Assembly: GCA_002269645.1 (NCBI GenBank)
Contig: NIVC01001394.1
Coordinates: forward strand, 7,148 to 71,147
Direction: 5' to 3'
DNA: 64,000 nt
From: Macrostomum lignano
Taxonomy: Eukaryota
Shown piece by piece: positions 1-10,918 of the stretch (position 1 is the stretch's first letter; each line of letters opens with the position of its first letter). The notes beneath the pieces are model-generated. The model saw nothing but the letters and a program-made list of their open reading frames with translations, had not been told where the DNA came from and ran no database searches. Both the position numbers and the translations under genes were made by a program.

Positions 1-3000
1 TCCAGGCTCTGCGACGATTCAAACAGCGATTATTGCAGCAATCTGTGGCAGCCGGTGGCAGCCTCACCAACCTCGGCATCCTGAGGCGGATGCGGCCGAC
101 ATTCAAGTGCTCAAATACCACAGGCCTGTTCTGGCCCGATGGCAAGGAGATTTTCAGGTTTGCTGCGTGTCTCATAATCGCTCTGTATCAAGCCCAATCT
201 CCATCTGAGCAATTCAATTCCCATTCCCCATGAGCTCGGTATTATCTCCATAAACTCAGTCTCATCCCCATCAACCCAGCCTCATCATCATCAACCCAGC
301 CTCATCCCCATCAACCCAGCCTTATCCCCATCAACCCAGCCTTATCCCCATCAACCCAGCCTCATCCCCATCAACTCAGTCTCATCCCCATCAACTCAGT
401 CTCATCCCCATCAACTCAGCCTCATCTCCATCAATTCAGCCTCATCCCCATCAATTCATCCTCATCCCCATCAACTCAGCTTCATCACCGTCAACTCAGT
501 CTCATCACCATCAACTCAGCCTCATCCCCATCAACTCAGCCTCATTCCCATCAACTCAGCCTCATCCCCAACATCCCGCACCCACCGAGCTGTCCCCAGG
601 CTGGCCCTCAACAGCTCCCACTGCTACGAGTGCGGCAACGAAGACAAACGCGAGTACATCGGTTTCGACCGTCGCGGCCTGCTCAACACAACCGAATTCG
701 TGCTGCTGAACTCGCGGCCCAACAGTCTGAAGGACTCCACCTATTGGCACCCGGTTGGCCGCTGGGCCATGAGCAGCCAGCACGAGTCTCTGGGCGGCAC
801 CTCATTCGACATGCAGGGCGTCACCTGGCCCGGCCTGGCCAGCCAGGCGCCTCTGGGCCGGCCGAAGAAATTTCGGCTGCGAGCGGCCACACTTAAAGAG
901 GACCCGTTCGTGCGCTACAGGCCCCCGGAGCCGCCCGGCAGCGAGGCCTGCGACCCGGTGTCCCTGCCGTGCCGGGTGCTGGCCGAGAATGCCAGCCTGC
1001 CCGACCGGTGAGCGACTGGCTATGACTGCATGATGACACTGGCTATGACTGCATGATGACACTGGCTATGACTGCATGATGACACTGGCTATGACTGCAT
1101 GATGACACAGGCTATGACTGCCTGCTGACACAGGCTATGACTGCATGATGACACTATAGCTATGACTGCCTGCTGACACAGGCTATGACTGCATGATGAC
1201 ACTATAGCTATGACTGCCTGCTGACACAGGCTATGACTGCATGATGACACTATAGCTATGACTGCCTGCTGACACTGGCTATGACTGCCTGCTGACACTG
1301 GCTATGACTGCCTGCTGACACTGGATACAACTGCCCGCTGACACAGTCTATAAATACCCGCTGACACTGGCTATGACTTTCTGCTGACACTGACACCCAA
1401 AATGGCCTCCAGACACCTACAATGACCTTCTGACACCTACAATGACCTCCTGACACTTGTTATGCTCTTTAGAGACTCGCTATCCCTCATTGGTACTAGC
1501 AGCGCCATATTTGTATATAATCAAATTGCACATTTCTCTCCCAGTTACAACTGGTCAGCTGGAAACCAGTCGGAGAGCCTGCCCTACACTGCCAGCTGCT
1601 GCTCCGGTCTGGCCATCGATCTGCTTCGAGAGCTGATGAAAGATCTGAACTTCGAGGTGGATCTGTTCGAGGTGCCCGACAAGAAGTGGGGCGGCTGGAC
1701 GGTAAGCTGGTCTGTGGCTTATGTTTCCTAGAAAATATTTGAAGGCCGAGTGAACGAAAAAATACACTACAGCAAAAGCAGTTCATATATTTTACTAACG
1801 ATTTACTAAAATTTCAGAAATGACACAAAATGATTTTATTTGGTATCATATTTACTTAAGCTGCTGAACCCCCTTGGAACTCCCAAAAACAGAACAACGA
1901 GTGGAACGGACTGGTCCGAGTGCTGCTGGAGGGCCAGGCCGACATGGTTGTCACGTCCCTGAAGATCACGCCGAATCGTAGTGAACAGATCGAGTTCAGC
2001 GTGCCCTTTCATAGAACCGGCATCACGATTCTGGTAGCTCTTCGCGAGGGGGCCATTTCTACTAAGGCCTTTCTCAGTGAGTCCCTCTCGGTGCCACTTT
2101 ATGCGCATTAGGAAATTTTAGTGCCGCTTCCAATTGGATTCTTTTTTTGCAGAGCCGTACGACTATCCGTCCTGGTGTCTCATTCTCGTGTTCTCAGTGC
2201 ACGCCTGCGGCGCTGCCCTGTTCTTGTTCGAGTGGCTCAGTCCACAGGGCCTCGATAAAGGCAACGTGCCGCCCAGGGGTGAGGAAAAGAAGGTTCAATC
2301 TATTCCAAAAAGCCGCCGCTCTGCAGAGCACAAGTTCAGCTGACAAGCCTATTCTACAACCCCCACCCCAACCCCACGGAGCAAATGTTCAGTCTATTTT
2401 ACAACCCTCACACCACCCCCCGCAGAGCACAAGTTCAGCCTATTCTACAACCCCCACCCCAACCCCACGGAGCAAATGTTCAGTCTATTTTACAACCCTC
2501 ACACCACCCCCCACAGAGCACAAGTTCAGCCTATTCCGTTCTCTCTGGCTGATCTGGTCGATGCTATTCGGCGCCGCGGTGAACGCTGACAACCCGCGCG
2601 GCGTTGCCAGCCGTTTCCTAGGCAACATCTGGGCCCTATTCGCCCTGGTGTTCCTGGCCTCGTACACGGCCAACCTTGCCGTCTTCATGATCGCCGAGGA
2701 GTCTTACTACGACCTGTCCGGCATCAACGACTGGCGTCTACGGGATCCGACCAGCCATCGACCGCCGTTCCGTTTCGCCACGGTACCGTCCGGAGCCACC
2801 GAGGAGAACATGCGGATGAATTATCCGGACATTGCGAAGCACATGCGCAACTATAGCAAAAGCAATATTGACGAGGGCATTCGCACTTTGAAAACTTTGT
2901 AAGATTATTCTATTTTATTGCAAAAATTAAAACTATATATCGAAATAAATACTCGTGGATAGACAGAGACTCGAACGATAGGAGAAGGCAGGGGATCCGA

Positions 3001-6000
3001 GAACAGGGAGAGGAGGAGAAGGGGCAGGGCAGAAAGACAAGGGAGAAAGGGCAGAGGAGAAAGGGCAGAGAAAGGGTGGAGGAGAAAGGGCAGAGGAAAA
3101 AGGGCAGGGAGAAAGGGCAGAGGAAACTACAACAACAGTTTGCCTTTTAATCCAGCGAAATCGACGCCTTCATTTACGACGCCACGGTGCTGCAGTACCG
3201 GGTTGGCAACGACGAAGACTGCAAGCTGAAGACGGTGGGCAACTGGTACTCCATGACCGGCTACGGGATCGGCCTGCCCAAGGGATCCAAATGGCGGCAC
3301 CGCATTAACCACAGGATCCTGTCCTACAGGAGCTCCGGTATGCTGCCTGCGTTTTAGCCCGCTAGAATTCTGTCTTCATTTAGATGGGATTGGGATGTAC
3401 ATTTAGGATTGGAATTGGGATCTAGGTTTGGCATTGAGATAGGGATTGGTATTGGGATGGGGATTGGGATGGGGATTTGGATTGGAATAGGAATTGGGAT
3501 TGGGATGTGGCTTTGGATTGAGATGGGGATTGGGATTGGGATGTGGCTTTGGATTGGGATGGGGATGTGGATTGCGATTGGGATGGGGATTTGGATTGGG
3601 ATGGGGATGTGGATTGGGATTGGCATTTGGATTGAGATGGAACAGCCACTAGAAAACATCAACTGCCGCAGGCCTGCTGGAGCGCTGGAGCAAGTACTGG
3701 ATCACGGGCGCCTGCCAGCAGAGCGGAAAGCTCAGGAACACCAACCAGACCCTGGGCGTTAAGAACTTCATCAGCGCTTTTATCCTCCTGATTGGCGGCA
3801 TGCTGTTCTGCTGTCTGCTGCTGCTGCTAGAGCACTGCTTCTACAGGCGGCTGAGACCGCAACTCAAGAAATGGGATCGCTACGGCTGCTGCGGCCTCGT
3901 GTCCATTGTGAGCCGCTGACGGGCTGCACTGCTCTGATATGGGGACTCCAGGCCCCTCACTGCCTCACCCCAGGCCCCTCACTGCCTCACTCCAGGCCCC
4001 TCACACCCTCACTCCAGGCCCCTCACACCCTCACTCCAGGCCCCTCACACCCTCACTCCAGGCCCCTCACACCCTCACTCCAGGCCCCTCACACCCTCAC
4101 TGCCTCACTCCAGGCCCCTCACACCCTCACTGCCTCACTCCAGGCCCCTCACACCCTCACTGCCTCACTCCAGGCCCCACAGACCCTACCACTTGGCACA
4201 TCTGATAATTGTATCAGCAGGATGAGGTTTAGAAAAAGTAAGAAAACAGAGCGGATAAAGCATTTTGTCCTCTGAGCAGCACCGCTTAATAAATAATGTA
4301 CGAACTGTGGCTGTAAAAGCAACAGAAAAAAAAATAAAGCAACCAAGCTGACTGGCCGTCACCCAGAAAACCAAAAGAAACACACACCCTACAAAAAAGC
4401 ACAAAATCCCAGCACAAAAATGAGTCTAGAAATCAATCAAATCTCGAATAGTACTCGCCCACTAGGGTTCGTGCTATATTTCATTCTGTTTAGAGGCACG
4501 CATCTTGAATTACTCATAAATTTTGCTAGATTCTGTGCTGCTATAGAGTGAGTCAGGTTTCTTATAGACCCAACTATTCGTGGACTGACCTATACGAGAT
4601 AAAACTCAATGATGAGTGGCTGTCTGACAGAGCTTATTTATATTCAAGCTTATTTACTTCTCAATTTGTTTTCTGCACTTGTCAACTCTGTTCAAAACAA
4701 AACATTTTGAAGTTTGAATCGAAGCGGAAGAAAAATAATACAGCTGATTCTGCCCTAATCCTTCTGAATTGCTGCTGACTGCTTTGTAGCTTTTACTGTA
4801 AAAATGACTGCAACTCAATTAGATAAACGAGAACAAATAAAGAACCATGCGTAAAGAACTTTCAATTCCCCTTGTCCCATCAAATACGTTCCAGGCACTT
4901 CACTCACTCACTGCCCCTCACTCCCTGCCCCTCACTCCCTGCCCCTCACTCCCTGCCCCTCACTCCCTGCCCCTCACTCCCTGCCCCTCACTCCCTGCCC
5001 CTCACTCCCTGCCCCTCACTCCCTGCCCCTCACTCCCTGCCCCTCACTCCCTGCCCCTCACTCCCTGCCCCTCACTCCCTGCCCCTCACTCCCTGCCCCT
5101 CACTCCCTGCCCCTCACTCCCTGCCCCTCACTCCCTGCCCCTCACTCCCCTTAAGGCTGTTTTGCCAAGTCTTGCGATTCCCTTCGACTAAATCGCTGCG
5201 CAATCCAACTCATCCAAACCAAACAGAGCATGGGCCAGCTGCTGTCATTCGAGCAGTCAGTGAACCAGACAGTCGACCTCATCAAGCATCACAAGTGCCA
5301 AAACCCGATCTGCGAGACCCAGCTATGGAAACTGCGTCACGAACTGGACACCACCAAACGCAAACTGCAACGACTGGAAGGCATGCTCAACGGACGCTTG
5401 CAGACGGCGACTTCGACATCAGAAAATGAAACCAGAGCCGTGACCGACTCCGCTCCGACAACTATCGGCAACAATGGACAGGAGTATTTGAGAATTACCA
5501 ACTGGTGAGTTAACAATATTCTATCTTGATACTATGGGTGTTGGTGTCTCCTCCGAATTTAAGGCTCATGGCCATTAAAATTTGTGTAAAATTTTAACTC
5601 AATTTCGCTGCAATAGACATTGCGCGAATCATTCATTTTTCGCTTTTCAATTATTAAATATTGTTTCTTATGCTTACATGTCTATGACTAACGTATTACC
5701 TGAACCTGGGAAACATGCAGATTTCTATTCAGAATTTGCTTCACATTTTCCGGCTTATGGGGGAATTGCTGAGATGGCAAGGCTTACGGGGGGAATTGCT
5801 GAGATGGCAAGGCTTACGGGGGGAATTGCTGAGATGGCAAGGCTTACGGGGGGAATTGCTGAGATGGCAAGGCATACGAGGGAATTGCTAAGATTTCAAG
5901 GCTTGGGGGAATTGCTGGGATGTCAAGGCTTACGGGGGGAATTGCTGAGATGGCAAGGCATACGAGGGAATTGCTAAGATTTCAAGGCTTGGGGGAATTG

Positions 6001-7171
6001 CTGGGATGTCAAGGCATACGGGGGAATTGCTGAGATGGCAAGGCATACGAGGGAATTGCTAAGATTTCAAGGCTTGGGGGAATTGCTGGGATGTCAAGGC
6101 TTACGGGGGAATTGCTGAGATGTCAAGGCTTACGGGGGGAATTGCTGAGATGTCAAGGCTTGAGGGGAATTGCTGAGATGTCAAGGCTTACGGGGGGAAT
6201 TGCTGAGATGGCAAGGCATACGAGGGAATTGCTAAGATTTCAAGGCTTGGGGGAATTGCTGGGATGTCAAGGCTTACGGGGGAATTGCTGAGATGTCAAG
6301 GCTTACGGGGGGAAGGGGGGAATTGCTGAGATGGCAAGGCTGGGAGGGGGAAATGCTGAGATGGCAAGGCTTACGGGGGAATTGCTGGGATGGCAAGGCT
6401 TACGGGGGAATTTCTGAGATGGCAAGGCTTACGGGGGAATTGCTGAGATGGCAAGGCTTACGGGGGGGAATTGCTGAGATGGCAAGGCTTAAGGGGGGAA
6501 TTGCTTAGATGACAAGGTTTGGGGGGATTGCTGAGATGGCAAGGCTTGGGGGGGAATGCTGAGATGTCAAGGCTTGGGGGGGAAATGCTGAGATGTCAAG
6601 GCAAGATTCACATAAACAATTTTCATCTCTTGCTTACGCGGCGCTTCGAAGGGGCACTAGATTGCTAGTATCCATAATACTAAAAATACATACATGTTGG
6701 AAAACCTTGGAAACCATATGTAGTGTTCTATTCAGAATTTGCTTCACCTTTTCTGGCTGTTTTTATAAGACCTAGAATGGATCAATCCAATACACTAATG
6801 ACAATATGTTTACTCGTACTTCTGAGTAATTGATTTAGCATTACATGTAATAAGACTCCTTCCTCTGCTCCCATCTACCGTATATACAGTAATCAGGGGG
6901 AGATTGCACAAAAACTTCTGCCGCTGCACGAAGTCGCAGTCTCCGAGAGGCGGGACTCGAACTGCGCCCGCCAGTCTCAGCCTGCCCTGCACCAGTGCCA
7001 GCAGGTTGTTCACAGTCAGAAGCGGCACCACTCGCAGCAGCAGCTGCAGGATCAGCAGCCGGCGTCATCAGCATCGTTTTCGACATCGTCGTGCCAGACT
7101 GCCGCTGGAAAGCGTCGCCCGAGATCTCATCGTCACGCGGGCTTGGTCCACTTCCAGGATGACCTGCCAGT

Positions 7172-7222
<51 letters not shown>

Positions 7223-7463
7223 ACCACCGCTCACGACTGCAGCTGGTGAAGAACAGGCCTCCTTGGGAGAGTCTGCCGACAGTATTCCCCCAGCAACGGC
7301 AAGCAGCCACTGGGTCCGCGGCCCGCAGCAGCCAGAGATTCTATACATGCACCCCAGCATCAGAAATGCCGCTCATCAGCATCAGGAGCGTCAGAGTATT
7401 ACGACAGAGGACAGGGAGAGCTCGACAGAGGGACGGGTGGTTCAGAAGGAGTCCGTGCTGTGA
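1..7463 (+). CDS. grin2-like: NMDA-type ionotropic glutamate receptor subunit 2 (GluN2/Nmdar2-like), spliced, 5' part upstream of the window
   Basis: Phase-consistent GT-AG exons read by eye: <1-157, 600-1007, 1545-1701, 1893-2076, 2153-2278, 2517-2898, 3156-3337, 3672-3907, 5227-5504, 6890 (or 6839)-7463. The translation contains S1 (CCSGLAIDLL, DMVVTSLKITPNRS), M1 (PYDYPSW...FLFEWLSP), M2-M3 (NPRG...SYTANLAVFMI), S2 (FATVPSGATE, DAFIYDA, GYGIGLPKGSKW), M4 (KNFISAFILL) and an invertebrate Nmdar2-type tail (SMGQLLSFEQSV...CQNPICETQLWKLRHEL), ending ...KESVL*. Confidence 0.93.
240..570. repeat. Intronic 20-bp minisatellite (CTCATCCCCATCAACTCAGC)n
   Basis: 20-bp period visible directly, about 16 copies, inside intron 158-599. 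Confidence 0.95.
1015..1460. repeat. Intronic 23-bp minisatellite (GACACTGGCTATGACTGCATGAT)n
   Basis: 23-bp period with occasional length variants; degenerates toward 1460; inside intron 1008-1544. Confidence 0.95.
3380..3640. repeat. Intronic 6-bp G-rich repeat (GGGATT/GGGATG/TGGATT)n
   Basis: Hexamer periodicity filling intron 3338-3671. Confidence 0.9.
3945..4190. repeat. Intronic 21-bp minisatellite (CCCTCACACCCTCACTCCAGG)n
   Basis: 21-bp period, about 11 copies, in intron 3908-5226. Confidence 0.95.
4905..5150. repeat. Intronic 15-bp minisatellite (CTCACTCCCTGCCCC)n
   Basis: Near-perfect 15-bp period, about 16 copies. Confidence 0.95.
5520..6668 (+). mobile_element. Putative non-autonomous Helitron in the last grin2 intron, carrying a 30-bp minisatellite
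   Basis: 3' end: GCTTC-GAA-GGGGC hairpin (6642-6655, with G-T pairs), then CTAG (6665-6668) followed by T. Candidate 5' TCTATC at 5520 is weaker and not preceded by A. Confidence 0.5.
5755..6600. repeat. 29-30 bp minisatellite (GGGAATTGCTGAGATGGCAAGGCTTACGGG)n
   Basis: 30-bp period at 5761/5791/5821 with variant units; degenerate relatives occur at 33400-34350. Confidence 0.95.
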
Positions 7464-7607
7464 ACAAGATTCTAATTCTTGCTCCGACATCATTCATTTG
7501 ATTGCCCAAAAATATACTTAGCAACAGTAAAAAATTCCACCCTCCAAGCGAGATGAAAATTTTCTCACTTATTGCGACAACTTCTCACTCACAATTAAAC
7601 CCTCCGG

Positions 7608-8135
7608 GGGGGTCTTTCTCGAAAGCAACTTACGATCGACCATAGACGTAAGTTGGGTAAGCTACACTTACGGGTTGCTCGAAGGGCTCGCAAGTTAGCT
7701 ATGCGTAAGATTGATCGCAACTTTACGAGTTCGTAACTTTGCGCAAAAGACTGTTTCTCGAAACGTTCGTATGTCTTTGGTCTTTCGTAAGATTGATCTT
7801 AACCCTACGACTGCTCGGTATCAGTCGTAAGACGCACATAAGCACTAATCGCATAGTACGTGAAGCTTTAGTCAAGCCAAGTCAAGTTAAACTTTATCGA
7901 AGGTGGGTCTTTCTCGAAAGCAACTTACGATAGACTAAGTAAAGATATTTGCAGATTTATATGACCATAGACATGCAACTTTTCGTTTCAGATACGACTT
8001 ACTAACAGCGTAAGCCACGCAAAGTCTAAGTGAGTTTTGAGAAAGCATCTTACGAGCAAACTTACGCTACACGTAAATTTCTTTCTTACGATCTAACTTA
8101 CCATAGAACTTACGTGAGTTTCGAGAAACACCCCC
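7608..8135. mobile_element. MITE with 17-bp TIRs and 3-bp TSD (PIF/Harbinger-like)
   Basis: Left GGGGGTCTTTCTCGAAA (7608-7624) versus right reverse complement GGGGGTGTTTCTCGAAA (one mismatch). CGG lies on both sides (7605-7607, 8136-8138). An internal copy of the left end sits at 7905-7931. Confidence 0.7.
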
Positions 8136-8241
8136 CGGTTACGCAACTTGGAAGGGAAAGTTGATTGAATCAATAATAAACGTCAGTCGCACAAAATCAA
8201 CAGTTTATTTATTATGCAATATGCAGTTAGAATCGCGATGC

Positions 8242-8564
8242 TTAATAACGCGTGAGAGATCCCCTCGCACGCAGAAGTGCATGCGGCGACTCTGCGGGGC
8301 ATCCCCAGGATGAGGCGGCACAGAAAGTCTTGGGGAAGCTGCTGCCAAGCGTTTTCAATGGCATGACGCAGCTCCGCAACATTCTGTGGTGAATTCTCTT
8401 TTCGAATAGTACATTAATACCCATGCTTTAAGGGCGTTAATGAGAAATCAGAGAGCATAGACAGATTCTTTCACGGCAGCAATTGCGTAAGCTGAAGCCG
8501 CGTAGCCATTACCTTTGTGCGAGCGGGCACAAAGGTCATAGTCCCAGACATGCTCGATGGGATT
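8242..8564 (-). pseudogene. Degenerate Tc1/IS630-type transposase C-terminal remnant
   Basis: Minus strand reads NPIEHVWD (8564-8541), then in another frame PQNVAELRHAIENAWQQLPQDFLCRLILGMPRRVAAC (from 8389), and after a frameshift ARGSLTRY*. This matches the Tc1 consensus NPIE.VW ... SMPRR.AVI.A.GG.T.Y as recalled. Confidence 0.7.
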
Positions 8565-9206
8565 GGGAACCGGGAAGGCAAGTGCAGAGTGCGCAGCTGT
8601 AGCTGTTCTTCCAGTTGACAAACAGCATCGGCTCGGTGTGGCGGCGTAATGGTACCATTAAGCAGATCCAGTCTTCCAGCGTGCCGTAAGTTGAGTCACT
8701 CGCAATAAGTAAGAGATAAATTTATCTCGCTTGTAGGGTGGAACTTTTGACTGTTGCCGAGTATGAATCTCAGTTTGTAGTTTAAAAGCGAATTCGAATC
8801 ATTTGCCAGCCACATATTTAACTGCACAAGCCAATCAACGAGTGTGAAAATATTGCAACCGCTTTCAACCGCTTTGAAGTGTAAATAAAATTAAATAAAG
8901 ACGCTGCATTTTTTTCGAAATAAGGCTACATGAACAACCTATGTGCTGATATATACTTGGTCTATTTATTTTGCGAATCAGAACGTCACAACAACAACTA
9001 CTCTGCTTGCCAATGAGGAATTAAAAAATGTTATTTTAGAGAGTGCGGAGTATTTTCCAAGAGGAATATTGACTTATGAAAAATGGCAAGTATTGGGGAA
9101 GAAATGGGAATTGGCCCAGCCCAGCCTGCGCTTAAGTCCGTATTGGGAATTCTAGTTTGCCAACAACTGCAAGTGTCCCGACTGCGTCTCGCCGCTGATT
9201 CTCCGT

Positions 9207-10034
9207 TCACTTCTCGGTCACTTCCATCTTGTTCTCCACCGGAATGTCGCGCGGCTCCGGCAGCGCCAGATTCGGCGCCGGCGCCTCGATCTGCAGGGTG
9301 CCGCAATCGGTCAGCCGGCTGACCAGACGCTCCCGGTCGACGCCCTGCGGCAGGGTGAACTCGCGGTGCATGCTGCGGTGCACCAGCTGGCCTTCACGCT
9401 CGTCGCGATGCTCGGCGCGGACGACAACTCTGTCGCCGACCTGGCGCACTGTAACCTCTTCCGGGTGGAAGTCGCGAACCGGCACGGTGACCTGGAAGCG
9501 AGTCTCGCCGGTCTTCTCGTCCTTCACCAGCTGCTCGTGCACGGAGGTGATGCCCGGACCGCGCAGCAGGCTACGCATCTCGTCCCAGCTGTTAGCGCCC
9601 AGCTGGGCCAGGGCGTTGCTGGCGTCGCCGCTGCCGCTCTTTTCAGCGCGGATGTAGGGCGCCCGCACGACGAGGAAGCCCTCCTTGGTCATGCGAGTCT
9701 CCACTTTGTCAGCGTCCACATCCTCCGGAAGGGCGACGGTCTTGCGCACCTCGGACATGTCTTCGCCTTCCTGGCGCTTGGCGTGAATGCGCACCTTGCG
9801 ATCCTCTACCTTGACGGCCACCTCGTCAGCGCGGAAGTCGCTCAGCTTGACGGCGGTGCTGAAGTAGCGGTGATGGGCGGCCCGGTGACGCTTGGGCTGC
9901 AGGTTGCGCTCCAGCTCGTAGAACGGGTGGAACAGGGCATCGCTGAACAGGTCGTTGAAGTCCTCGAAGATGCTCTGCATCCGGTTCGGATACTCGAACG
10001 ACTTGAACACGTTGCTCGGATAGAGGGCGGACAT
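9207..10034 (-). CDS. Small heat-shock protein with two alpha-crystallin domains (p40/Tsp36-like), 275 aa, intronless
   Basis: ORF from ATG 10034 (MSALYPS...). Domain 1: FSTAVKLSDFRADEVAVKVEDRKVRIHAK...VALPEDVDADKVETRMTKEGFLVVRAP. Domain 2: FQVTVPVRDFHPEEVTVRQVGDRVVVRAEH...REFTLPQGVDRERLVSRLTDCGTLQIEAP. C-terminal IPV (IxI/V) motif. Confidence 0.93.
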   Translation of the reverse strand: MSALYPSNVFKSFEYPNRMQSIFEDFNDLFSDALFHPFYELERNLQPKRHRAAHHRYFSTAVKLSDFRADEVAVKVEDRKVRIHAKRQEGEDMSEVRKTVALPEDVDADKVETRMTKEGFLVVRAPYIRAEKSGSGDASNALAQLGANSWDEMRSLLRGPGITSVHEQLVKDEKTGETRFQVTVPVRDFHPEEVTVRQVGDRVVVRAEHRDEREGQLVHRSMHREFTLPQGVDRERLVSRLTDCGTLQIEAPAPNLALPEPRDIPVENKMEVTEK

Positions 10035-10148
10035 CTTAATCAAGTTTGCTCTGAGAAGAGAAAGGAGAAAACAGGACAATCTGCAGACAGGAAGCGTCAA
10101 AATGTTATTGAAGTGGCAGTGAAGAGACAGCCAGCGAGTCTGGCCTGG

Positions 10149-10155
10149 TTATATA
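10149..10155 (-). promoter_or_regulatory. Candidate TATA box of the sHSP gene
   Basis: TATATAA on the minus strand about 115 nt upstream of the ATG; CCAAT (plus-strand ATTGG) near 10293. Confidence 0.55.
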
Positions 10156-10903
10156 GACAGCGGCTTGGCTTCCAGTCGGGGTGTGGCAGAGAGACTAACT
10201 CACAAAGTTCAGACTGTTGTGCACTGCGCTTAAGCCTAATTCGTAGCTTAGTTGCGCCTCTATTTCGCAATAATAAATTGGGCAGTTCTGATTGGCCTGT
10301 CTAGGCCAGAGGTGTGTTTTATAATTAATTGAATCGGCTTGGCTTGCAGGTCTACACAGTTCTGAACTGAATCGGGGCGGATCGATAATTGTCAGCCGAC
10401 TAGAATGTGAAGTGCTATAAATTGAATAGCTCTATTGACTCTGTGTACACTAGCTTAATTAGGTCATTTCTTATCGCTAATTGGCCTATAGCGCTGGTAC
10501 ATTCATTGTACAATAAGGCCGCCATGGAAGACTTACTAGCTGTTTATCACCTTCCAATTAGCAAAACAGCTTCTGTTTTGGACAACAAATACAACTTAGT
10601 AAGATAAAAGTACACCAAGGTTACAAGTGCATGCACTGACGACTCAGACATGATGACTCACCTATACTTACTGATGAAAAATCCTTCAACTGTTGAATGA
10701 GCTATTATGCTATGCAGTTAATTGATCCGTGAGAGTTGATCGAAAGGATTGCAATGGGACACAATGCGTCTGCTAAGAGAGTAAGAATTGGGACTTGTAG
10801 TGCTAAATATTCTAAGCCGGTTTAGTCTCTAATATATATCCTACAGACGGGCCCGACTAGCCTGTATTTCATTCTTTTAAGCTATTGTATTATTGTCCAT
10901 GGC

Positions 10904-10918
10904 TGAAAGTTCGAGAAT
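10904..10918. promoter_or_regulatory. Perfect three-unit heat-shock element upstream of the sHSP gene
   Basis: tGAAa-gTTCg-aGAAt fits nGAAnnTTCnnGAAn exactly; a further two-unit TTCgaGAA lies at 10988-10995. Confidence 0.65.

Noticed and set aside
9229-10304. Plus-strand ORFs of 142 and 312 aa
   Set aside because: Antisense shadows of the GC-rich sHSP coding sequence.
10335-10352. Proximal heat-shock element (TTCTGAA)
   Set aside because: One-base spacing between TTC and GAA does not fit the nTTCnnGAAn consensus.
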